Part shown: positions 18,636 to 27,210 of the stretch, piece by piece | How the letters are laid out: each line of letters begins with the position of its first letter | Numbering within the stretch: position 1 is the stretch's first letter | NCBI GenBank assembly: GCA_963715865.1 | Contig: OY970280.1 | Coordinates: 416,001-480,000 of the forward strand | DNA: 64,000 bases | Direction: 5' to 3' | Source of the DNA: Candidatus Bathyarchaeota archaeon | GTDB taxonomy: Archaea; Thermoproteota; Bathyarchaeia; Bathyarchaeales; Bathycorpusculaceae | The notes under the pieces: model-generated | What the model was told of the DNA's origin: nothing | Databases searched by the model: none | What the model saw: only the letters and a program-made list of their open reading frames with translations | Made by a program: the position numbers and the translations under genes

Positions 18636-19085
18636 GTGAAAAAGTCAAACCTCATAGCTTTAGTTTGCGTCATTGCCGCAATCGGAGCCATCAGCCTATC
18701 GTTGGTAACATTAGCCAGCATAGACCGATATGAGTCCAACGGTTATGTAGATTCCCATTCCTCAGACTCAGACTTCCCCTATGTTCAAGGCGTCACAAAA
18801 AGCAATGGCTACTACAATATTTCTTTAGCATTTTCAAACGTAACGGATCCTATAAGATTAGACAACATCCTCATCAACCCAAATAGCCAAGAAAACGTCA
18901 CAGACCTAACCATTTACGTAAACGGTACCACCGTAAACACATATCCACTTAGTTACCTACACAGCGGCGATAGCCTCCAAGTCAACCTCACATTACCCTG
19001 CACCGAATACGCCTCAGGATCAACAATATCACTTTGCGTCATGGGCGACTGCATTGGGTGCGGCGAAGGCGTTGTGCTTCCATAA
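18636..19085 (+). CDS. Secreted or membrane-anchored hypothetical protein
   Basis: N-terminal hydrophobic helix followed by an Asn/Ser/Thr-rich beta domain. Confidence 0.65.
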   Translation: MKKSNLIALVCVIAAIGAISLSLVTLASIDRYESNGYVDSHSSDSDFPYVQGVTKSNGYYNISLAFSNVTDPIRLDNILINPNSQENVTDLTIYVNGTTVNTYPLSYLHSGDSLQVNLTLPCTEYASGSTISLCVMGDCIGCGEGVVLP

Positions 19086-19260
19086 CAGGACTTGATACCA
19101 AAAAAGAAACATCAAAACACGGGTCGCGACAACCGGAGCAAAACATAAAATAAGTTGTTTCTAGATAACCTTTTAAAACCGCAACTGGAATTGCCCTTCC
19201 TCGGCAAAAAATAAAAAAGAAGTTTTAACATGCAAAGCAAAAATAATCCTTAACTAAAAT

Positions 19261-19461
19261 TTACTCTTGACCATGGTGCATAATCATTCCTATGCCATGT
19301 CCTTCTTTTCTTTTAGACCACATCCTTGATCTCCAAACGTCCGCACCCTGTGACGCTAATTCTGTCATAATATCAATATCTTGCCTGATTAACTCCATGA
19401 TTGGCTGGTTTAACTCAAGCTCGAAAGTAAATTTTACCTTGCCACTTTTTTCGTCTGCCGT
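19261..19461 (-). CDS. Small hypothetical protein, probable ACG start
   Basis: Perfect SD GGAGGTGA (19466-19473) followed by 4 nt and ACG GCA GAC GAA. Confidence 0.55.
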   Translation of the reverse strand, partial: TADEKSGKVKFTFELELNQPIMELIRQDIDIMTELASQGADVWRSRMWSKRKEGHGIGMIMHHGQE

Positions 19462-19613
19462 AACTTCACCTCCTAAAACACTCAACAAAATCAAAAATCT
19501 GTTTCGACGATATTACTAGGGTTAGATGGGGCTTTTTTAAGTATACGTGGCTGTGCCTGTACTACAACATTAATCAAGTTTATGCTGATTAACTTGTTTC
19601 TTGGCTACGCTTT

Positions 19614-20220
19614 TTACTTTATGCTCCAGTATCGAGCTAACGCCGCTAACGCTTCCTCAAACAAGTAGTTCTGCGGCATCACGTCAACTTTTATGCCCAT
19701 TTCCCTCAAGGCTTCAGCAGTTGTCGGCCCAATGGTTGCAGTTGTCACTTTGCCATTTATTATGCCACGGAGCTTTTCCATGGAGGCTTTTTCAGTGAGC
19801 ATTGTGAAAATGTTTTTTGCACTTAATCCGCTGCCGAAAACAATCGCGTCAATCTTTCTAGAAATTAAATCTTGAAAAAACCTGTCTTTCAGTTTCTCGT
19901 CCACTGGCAAGCCTGACTCGTAAACATAAACCTCTTCCACTTGGGCGCCCATTTCCTTGAGCTTCTCAGTTAAAGTCGGCGTTGCCCCAGTAGTCCTTGG
20001 AATGCGTATCTTTTTGCCTGAAATGTCTTTGCCTTGCAAGCACTCGATTAATCCTTCAGAACTGTACTTCAATGGGACTAAGCCCACATGTACGTGGTAT
20101 TCGTCTTCCAGCGCCTGAGCAGTTCGCGGACCAACCGCGATAACAAAAGCTTTACCTAAGCCTTCTTTCAATTGGCTGGATTGCTTTAGGCTCTCAGCAG
20201 CGCTAAAAAGCTTTCACGCC
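19614..20220 (-). pseudogene. hemD: Uroporphyrinogen-III synthase, 5'-truncated with a frameshift
   Basis: AVGPRTAQAL, YSSEGL, V..VYVY and IGPTTAEAL motifs. The N-terminal part is missing, and the frame breaks at the A5 run 20205-20209. Confidence 0.7.
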
Positions 20221-20224
20221 GCCT

Positions 20225-21499
20225 CTAGAAGGGAGAGTAGCTATCGAAAAATTCCCAAGCAACATTGAATCGCCAAGGGTCACCCTTTTCTGTGAGCTGT
20301 ATTTTTCCATCTTTAGTTTCAATTAAGCCCTTCACTTGCAATCGTTGAATTGCCTCGGGGAATACCTCTTCGGGTAACTTTCCAAACCGAGACTGAAAAA
20401 CGTCACGATCTAAAGGAACACGAATGTAAATGAGCATCATGGCTTTCCTCATCTCATCTTCAACCGAAAGCTTGGTAACCCGCTCAATCGGAAAAGTACT
20501 GCTTCCCACCGCTTCAATATAAGTCTGGACATTCTCGATGTCAGAGTACAAAAAGTTGCCAATATGGCCCATAAAAAAGCCCGCTCCAGAACCTACTACT
20601 TCGGAAGAAGGCTTTTCAAAATCCTCCTTAACACGGGAAAATCTGTTGTGACAAGTAGGATAATACCCATTCTTCCTGAAAATATTGGAAGCTTCAAGAT
20701 ACATTTCCATTTCGACACTGGCATCGCCAGTAGCAGGCAACTCGCCAGATTCAATTTTCTTTGCAAGAAAAGTATCAGGATACAAATCTAAAGGATAACA
20801 ATCTACACTCTCAAGTTCAAGCTCCAATGCCTGTTCTATGTCTGCTTTCCATTGCCTAGGCGTTTGGCCTGGTAAGTTATAAATCAAATCAATGCTAACA
20901 CCAAGTCCCTGCTTTCTAGCCTGTTTTAGTTTTGCCGCAACTTCACGTTTGCTGTCACGGAGCATCAGAATTTTGCGGAATGTGTCATCAAACGTTTGAA
21001 CCCCAATATCTAATTGGTTCACCTTCTGTGAATAAAGCAGGCGTATTTTACTTTCGGAAAGATTGGTGGTGCAAGCTGCAAATTTGGTCTGATGATCCTT
21101 GCTAAGGTTGAAGTTCTCTCGGCAGAAATCCAAGATATCTACTGTTTGCTCATTTGCAAGAATAGAGGGGCTTCCACCGCCAATGTAGAGTTCATTAAAA
21201 AGGCTGGACTTGATATAATTGTTCTGGGCGTAAAGACTCAGTGCTTTCTTTAGAGCAGTTAGATAAGGGATAATACTCTGCTTATCGCAACTAACAGGAA
21301 AATAGCAAAATGCACACTTTCCTTCACAGAAAGGAATCCATGGTTGCAACTCTCTTGTTTGTTCAATCGTACTGCCTGTTTTCAGAAATTCAGCAAAATC
21401 TGTCAAGACACTGGAAGTAGGAAGAGCCCTATCTCTGTAAGTCATAGGAGGCCAATGTTGAATAGTCTTGTATGGCCAACCATTATTTGCATCCTGCAA
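20225..21499 (-). CDS. HemN-like (HemW/ChuW/class C-type) radical SAM protein
   Basis: IPFCEGKCAFCYF (CxxxCxxC), YIGGGSPS, IGVQTF and DLIYNLPGQT motifs. Confidence 0.8.
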   Translation of the reverse strand: MQDANNGWPYKTIQHWPPMTYRDRALPTSSVLTDFAEFLKTGSTIEQTRELQPWIPFCEGKCAFCYFPVSCDKQSIIPYLTALKKALSLYAQNNYIKSSLFNELYIGGGSPSILANEQTVDILDFCRENFNLSKDHQTKFAACTTNLSESKIRLLYSQKVNQLDIGVQTFDDTFRKILMLRDSKREVAAKLKQARKQGLGVSIDLIYNLPGQTPRQWKADIEQALELELESVDCYPLDLYPDTFLAKKIESGELPATGDASVEMEMYLEASNIFRKNGYYPTCHNRFSRVKEDFEKPSSEVVGSGAGFFMGHIGNFLYSDIENVQTYIEAVGSSTFPIERVTKLSVEDEMRKAMMLIYIRVPLDRDVFQSRFGKLPEEVFPEAIQRLQVKGLIETKDGKIQLTEKGDPWRFNVAWEFFDSYSPF

Positions 21500-21715
21500 T
21501 AAGCGGCACCTTTTGAGTAAAAGTGTTATTTTGTCTTTTAAAGCTAACCATACCTCGGAAAGAATAAGCCTTTAACAATCAATATTAGTCTCAACAAAAG
21601 TCAGCAAACGATTATAATAGCGGACAATTCTGGAGCGGTTCGTTAGACAGATTGACTAGTTGGTAGCTCCAAAGTCCATGACGCTGTTAAGTGTGCGCGA
21701 GTAGTAACCCGGGAG

Positions 21716-22030
21716 TTACCGTTCCCAGACTGTAATTTCTACCGAAATCTCCCCTTTTTTCAACAGATACGGGGTCGCTGGGGTACGCTTGATTTTTTTC
21801 CAATACTCTGTATGTTTCTTTGTGCTTGGACGCCTTCGCCTCTTCAATCCTTCCTCTATAGACTCAGTCACCTTGCGCACAAACTCGCTCGGTTCAAAAT
21901 TTACCAAGTGGGTATAAACAAGACTGTTCTCAATTCTCTTGTGTCCAAGTATGTGCTTGACGTGGAGGGCGCTTTTAGTCCTCTGGTACTCGTGTGTGGC
22001 CTTCCAGTCTCTGAAGGATTTGAATGCTAC
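21716..22030 (-). pseudogene. Tyrosine integrase C-terminal remnant
   Basis: Manual translation AFKSFRDWKATHEYQRTKSALHVKHILGHKRIENSLVYTHLVNFEPSEFV contains the R, LGH and Y catalytic-box region; no N-terminus. Confidence 0.75.
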
Positions 22031-22113
22031 TCAACTTGACATTAGCTTAAGTTAAGCCAAAGTTTATATAGGGCTGGATAATCCATCCATGCTGTAGAGG
22101 GGATTAAAGATAG

Positions 22114-23103
22114 ATGAACAACAAATATGTCATTTATATTGCCACCATTATAACCATCGCCTCAATTGCTTCTGCCGCTTTCATGTACGTTAATTATTCA
22201 GCACAGACTGCTAACCTGAAATCTCAGAATTCCAATCTGACGTTTGTAGATGATGAAGGTTACGTAACCAATTTAACCTCTGTTCCTCAGAGAATTATCT
22301 CGCTTGCGCCGAGTTGTACGCAAATCTTGTTCGCTATAGGCGTGGGCGACAAAGTTGTGGGTGTGACAACCTATGACGATTACCCGTACAATTTCTCAGC
22401 TTGGATCGCAGCTGGCAACATGACGAGCATAGGAGGCTATTCAACTCCAAACATGGAAGCCATTGCTTCGCTTCATCCCGATCTAATAGTCTCCGACAAC
22501 ATAAACGATGCTAGCCTCCCAAACATGAGAAGCTTAGGCTACAAAGTACTCGTGCTTAATCCAAACAGCATCAACGGCATTTACCAAGATATATCGCTCC
22601 TAGGCAGGGCAACAGGCGCCACACCTCAGGCAACCGCGCTGATTAATAACATAACCAGCAGCATCAACGCGATAACCGCGAAAATCGCAGCCACAAACAT
22701 CACAGCTCCTCTGAAAGTCTACTATGAGATTTGGTCCAATCCGCTCATGAGTGCGGGCTCAACATCTTGGGTAAGCGATGTTATAGCCAAAGCTGGAGGC
22801 GTCAACATCTTCGCTGACGTGGCCCAAGGATATCCAACTGTTAGCTCTGAAACCGTAGTACAACTTAATCCAGACGTAATACTCTTGCCCACAAGTCCAG
22901 GAGGCTCAGGAGGAATGGCGTTCTACGGAAGCATTGCCCAAGTCGAAGCAAGACCAGGATGGAACTCGATAAGTGCGGTGCAAAACAACAGAGTCGACGC
23001 CATCGACGAAGAACTCTTCGCTCAACCAGGACCGAGAGTCGCTGACCAAGTGCTGGCTGTCGCTACTTGCTTGTACCCGCAACTCTTTAACTCAACCTCC
23101 TAA
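22114..23103 (+). CDS. btuF: Cobalamin/Fe-chelate ABC substrate-binding protein (BtuF-like)
   Basis: PQRIISLAPSCTQILFAIG, PNMEAIASLHPDL and QPGPRV motifs; N-terminal membrane anchor. Confidence 0.8.
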   Translation: MNNKYVIYIATIITIASIASAAFMYVNYSAQTANLKSQNSNLTFVDDEGYVTNLTSVPQRIISLAPSCTQILFAIGVGDKVVGVTTYDDYPYNFSAWIAAGNMTSIGGYSTPNMEAIASLHPDLIVSDNINDASLPNMRSLGYKVLVLNPNSINGIYQDISLLGRATGATPQATALINNITSSINAITAKIAATNITAPLKVYYEIWSNPLMSAGSTSWVSDVIAKAGGVNIFADVAQGYPTVSSETVVQLNPDVILLPTSPGGSGGMAFYGSIAQVEARPGWNSISAVQNNRVDAIDEELFAQPGPRVADQVLAVATCLYPQLFNSTS

Positions 23104-23122
23104 TTTTTTTTGTAGTGAAAAC

Positions 23123-24202
23123 ATGAGTGCGGACAAAGTTGAAGGCACATACTTTAAGCGCTCTTCGCAATGGAAACTAATTATAATCACGCTAATAGTA
23201 GCTTTAGTTGCAGTCGTCATTGTTTCTCTTAACGTGGGTTATGCTCCGATTTCATTCTCCGAAATCCTCTCAATAATAGGTAAACAAATTCCATTCTTGA
23301 ACGGCTCAATCAATCCGTCATCCATATCCGCAGTGGATGAAGCAATAATTCTTCAAATTCGCCTTCCCCGCATTTTAGCAGGTGCTCTGGTTGGCGCCGC
23401 GTTGGCTGCAGCAGGAGTATTGTACCAAGGCGTCTTCAAAAATCCGATGGCTGACTCCTATCTGCTCGGTGCCTCAGCAGGAGCGTCGGTAGGATTTACC
23501 GTTGCCGTCCTGTACGTCACTTCAGCCTTAACGTTCATAGGCTTTGGAACAGCGCAAATCTTCGCTTTCATATTTGCTTTATTAACTACGTTTTTGGTGT
23601 ATTTCATTTCAAGAGTTGGAAACAAAGTCCCGATAACCACGTTGCTGCTTTCCGGCATAATTGTAAACATCTTCCTGCTAGCGATAGAAACAGTTATGGA
23701 ACTCCGCTCCAATCAAGCTCTCATGGGTATAGTAGCGTGGCTTGCAGGCGGATTCTCCGACATCGTGTGGGCGGACGTCTGGGGAATACTGCCCTTCGTT
23801 CTGATAGGAACGGCAATAGCGTACTTTTTTGTCCGCGACCTCAACGTGCTTTCCCTAGGGGACGACACAGCACAGCATTTAGGCGTGAACACGGAAAGAG
23901 TGCGACAAATACTTTTAATTTTAGGTTCTCTAATGACGGCGGCAGCGGTCTGCATAAGCGGAATTATAGGCTTCGTGGGCCTAATAGTTCCTCACATGAC
24001 AAGGCTCATAATCGGACCTGACCACAGAATTCTCTTGCCTGCCTCAACAATCGTTGGCGCAATCTTCTTAGTGGTTTGTGATGCCATAGCGCGCGTAGCA
24101 ACGGGGGCTTCCGAACTGCCTGTTGGTGTCATAACTGCGCTTGTAGGAACGCCTTTCTTCATCTACCTTCTTAGGAGGAAAAAGACAACTTATTCACTTT
24201 GA
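23123..24202 (+). CDS. btuC: FecCD/BtuC-family ABC permease
   Basis: RLPRIL, FKNPMAD..LLG.SAGA, GIIGFVGLIVPH and ELPVG motifs. Confidence 0.88.
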   Translation: MSADKVEGTYFKRSSQWKLIIITLIVALVAVVIVSLNVGYAPISFSEILSIIGKQIPFLNGSINPSSISAVDEAIILQIRLPRILAGALVGAALAAAGVLYQGVFKNPMADSYLLGASAGASVGFTVAVLYVTSALTFIGFGTAQIFAFIFALLTTFLVYFISRVGNKVPITTLLLSGIIVNIFLLAIETVMELRSNQALMGIVAWLAGGFSDIVWADVWGILPFVLIGTAIAYFFVRDLNVLSLGDDTAQHLGVNTERVRQILLILGSLMTAAAVCISGIIGFVGLIVPHMTRLIIGPDHRILLPASTIVGAIFLVVCDAIARVATGASELPVGVITALVGTPFFIYLLRRKKTTYSL

Positions 24203-24219
24203 GAGGAGAATGAAAGCGC

Positions 24220-25560
24220 ATGGTGTTGCTGAATGTTGATGGCGTCGAATGCCGTTACGGCTCTGTAAAGGTTCTTGAGGGAGTTACCCTTTCAGTCAAG
24301 GAAGGTGACTTCGTGGGAATTCTCGGACCAAACGGGTCTGGAAAAACTACGCTTTTCAAAAGCATCAGTAGGACACTTAAACCTCACAAGGGTACAATAC
24401 TGCTCAACAATGCTGACGTATACACTCTCAAGAGCATAGAGGTGGCGCAGCACATGGCCATTGTTCCACAAGAAAGCAGCATAGGGTTCAGCTTCAACGC
24501 GCTCGATATAGTTCTCATGGGGCGTAACCCGCACATGCGCAGGTTCCAGATGGAAACCGCGAAGGATTTGGAAATTGCCAAAAAAGCCATGAACATGACG
24601 AATACATGGTACCTGGCGAAGAGACCAATAAACGAGTTAAGCGGCGGCGAAAAACAACGTGTCGTTATTGCCCGTGCGTTAGCGCAGGAGCCTGAAATTC
24701 TGTTGCTGGATGAGCCGCTTACTCACTTGGACATAGTTAACCAACTGGAAATAATGGACCTTGTGAAGGGTCTTTGTGTGAAAGAGGGCTTGATAGCCCT
24801 AGCAGTTGTCCATGACCTCAACTTGGCTGCTCGTTACTGCAACTATGCCTTGCTTCTAAAGAACGGAGAAGTCTTCGCTGCAGGATCTTTGGATCAGGTT
24901 CTGACAAGTAAAAACATAAAAAGCGTGTTCCACGTAGACGCTATAGTGAAAAAGAATCTTGTCACAAACTCTCTCTACGTTATTCCGTTGTCACCTCCAA
25001 AGTCTTCACCACCAAAAAACTGCTCGATTCATTTGATTTGCGGGGCTGGCACCGGAACCGCGCTCATGAAGATTTTCTTGGAAGAAGGTTACAGCGTCAC
25101 GGCTGGGGTGCTCAACGTGTTGGACACCGATTTTGAGACAGCGGAATTCCTGAATATACCGGTGGCGAGTGAAGCGCCGTTTTCTCCCATAACCGAGAAA
25201 ACTCAGAAAGCTAACTTAGCCATGATTAGTAAGGCGAGCACCGTTGTGGTGACTTCGGTTCCGTTTGGCCACGGTAACCTGCAGAATCTCGAGGCGGCGA
25301 AGGAAGCCCTGAAGAAAGGCATTCCGCTTTTCGTCATTGACCAGGTGCCTATTGAAAGCAGAGATTTCACTCAGGGACAAGCGACAGCGTTGTTGGGGGT
25401 TTTGAAAAGTATGGGCGCCGTTTTCGTTAAGAATCAAGATGAGCTTTTGCATATGCTTAATGTGTCAGAGGAAAAGTTGAAAATGGCGAAGGATGTTCTG
25501 CCAAGTATTGCTGATCACTTAAAAGCTGGGCGGGCTTCTTTAGGAAAGCCAGATAACTGA
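24220..25560 (+). CDS. btuD: BtuD/FepC-type ABC ATPase with a C-terminal extension of about 190 aa
   Basis: GPNGSGKT, LSGGE and LLLDEP motifs; extension begins IHLICGAGTG. Confidence 0.85.
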   Translation: MVLLNVDGVECRYGSVKVLEGVTLSVKEGDFVGILGPNGSGKTTLFKSISRTLKPHKGTILLNNADVYTLKSIEVAQHMAIVPQESSIGFSFNALDIVLMGRNPHMRRFQMETAKDLEIAKKAMNMTNTWYLAKRPINELSGGEKQRVVIARALAQEPEILLLDEPLTHLDIVNQLEIMDLVKGLCVKEGLIALAVVHDLNLAARYCNYALLLKNGEVFAAGSLDQVLTSKNIKSVFHVDAIVKKNLVTNSLYVIPLSPPKSSPPKNCSIHLICGAGTGTALMKIFLEEGYSVTAGVLNVLDTDFETAEFLNIPVASEAPFSPITEKTQKANLAMISKASTVVVTSVPFGHGNLQNLEAAKEALKKGIPLFVIDQVPIESRDFTQGQATALLGVLKSMGAVFVKNQDELLHMLNVSEEKLKMAKDVLPSIADHLKAGRASLGKPDN

Positions 25561-25585
25561 TAAAAAGCGAAATGGGGAAAAGAAA

Positions 25586-26254
25586 ATGGACTTGATTATT
25601 GGCGGCGGAAAATACGGGTGCAACGCAATTGAATATCTCAGACGGAAGCGCAGAAGTTTCGTGGTCGTGGATGTAGATTCGAGTTGTCTCGCAGTCCAAA
25701 GGTTCGCTCTGAAATCTTCCGTCAGCATCGGTTCAGAGGGTGAATACTTCGTTATTGGGGGATTTCCGAAGGTTTTAGAGTTGATGGACTCCTTGAAGCC
25801 TGAGTACGTTTTTCCCACTGCTCCGGTTCACATAGCCGCTGATATGGCGAAAATCAAGTTTAATCTTATCCCGTGGAGTGAAGCAATAAACAGTATTCTG
25901 CCCAAATTGCCTGAGGTTGTTGTCCTCCAAGCGGGAAAAGGAAAACTGATCTTAAGCTTCAACAGAGACCACGACTGTTTGGATAACTGTGCAATGCCTG
26001 AGGTTTGCCCCTCTTCAGGGACGAAGAAACCGTGTACCATGATCAGACTGATGAGGTTTGCAAGTCCAGAAGCGTTTATTCTGATAAGTTATTCGATGGC
26101 TCCAGGCATGGGCGCGTTGAAGGGTAGTGAGCTTTCGGAGTTTTTTGATTGGGCCAAGACCAAAGAGAATTTCGTCGTTGGCACAGCTTGTGATTGTCAC
26201 GGAGTCTTTTCAGCTTTTCATAAAGTTCCAGTAAACGCTGAGAGACTGAAGTAA
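25586..26254 (+). CDS. Rossmann-fold (TrkA-N-like) protein with a Cys-rich C-terminus
   Basis: LIIGGGKYG; HDCLDNCAMPEVCP..KKPC and TACDCHG. Confidence 0.65.
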   Translation: MDLIIGGGKYGCNAIEYLRRKRRSFVVVDVDSSCLAVQRFALKSSVSIGSEGEYFVIGGFPKVLELMDSLKPEYVFPTAPVHIAADMAKIKFNLIPWSEAINSILPKLPEVVVLQAGKGKLILSFNRDHDCLDNCAMPEVCPSSGTKKPCTMIRLMRFASPEAFILISYSMAPGMGALKGSELSEFFDWAKTKENFVVGTACDCHGVFSAFHKVPVNAERLK

Positions 26255-26569
26255 GCAGCGTAGTCAAATTGGTCTTTTAAGCTGTCAGGATACTGCTTTT
26301 CAGCCGCTCAGCCGCCATCGCTGCGTCAAGAGACTTAAACGTTTTCGTTCTTGTAGTAGGCAGAATGGTTAACCGCATGATCCAAGAAATAGACCAAATC
26401 AACATGAAGACCACGAGCAACATAATTTACGAAGTCAAAGACGCACAAATTTCTTAACAAATTCATAACTATATTATTGACGCCTAATACGAATCCCCAG
26501 TTTTTCTTTTACTTTAGTGCAAATTAAAAAAAAGAATAGGTTGGTTGATTGCCAACATTTGCGGTTTAT

Positions 26570-27079
26570 TTAACTGGTTGCAAAGGTTGAAGCAGGTATT
26601 GTAGCATTCACGACTATGTTGTAGATAGTATAGGAACTAGTTCCTGAGGTGTATGTGTAGTCTCCAGTCCCATTCCAATTGACAAGCGCAGTATCATAAT
26701 TGTACCATGCTGCACCCCATGTAGACCAATCAGCAGTGTAATTGCCCTCTGTCCATGCGCCATCATTAACTTTGTCCCAAGATTTTTGTTGACTTACGCT
26801 TAGAATATAACTGTAGTTACCAGATGCACCACCAGGTATATCAACCCTCAGCATAAGACTTGACGTATTCACGTTATTGCCTGCGAACTCATAAGTTACT
26901 AGTGCCCCATTAGTAGTTTCATTAACGCTGAACTGCAAACTAGTCGCACCTACAACACTCACTGGCTGAGTGGTTCCGCCATTTCCGCTATTATTAAGCA
27001 ACACGAATGCTGCCACACCTGCAATAACAATGACAACAACTAAAACCGCAACAATAATGTATATTGTCTTCTTGTTCAT
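26570..27079 (-). CDS. Exported or membrane-anchored hypothetical protein
   Basis: MNKK followed by a long hydrophobic helix and an N/S/T/W-rich domain. Confidence 0.7.
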   Translation of the reverse strand: MNKKTIYIIVAVLVVVIVIAGVAAFVLLNNSGNGGTTQPVSVVGATSLQFSVNETTNGALVTYEFAGNNVNTSSLMLRVDIPGGASGNYSYILSVSQQKSWDKVNDGAWTEGNYTADWSTWGAAWYNYDTALVNWNGTGDYTYTSGTSSYTIYNIVVNATIPASTFATS

Positions 27080-27210
27080 CGAATCACCGATTTTGCTTTA
27101 CCCTTGTTTAATGAAAGGGCATATAAGCTTTTACCCGAATTTAAACTACAAAACCGTAATTTTCCAAAGACCTTTTACAGTGTAGTCTTTGAAAAAATTA
27201 TCGTTAAGCT

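Noticed and set aside
22040-22113. Cobalamin riboswitch upstream of btuF
   Set aside because: Only about 75 nt separate the integrase remnant from the start codon, and no B12-box-like sequence is visible.
26311-26457. Possible Lrp/AsnC C-terminal gene remnant (…KTTSNIIYEVKDAQIS)
   Set aside because: The resemblance is too weak to support by eye, and there is no start or SD.
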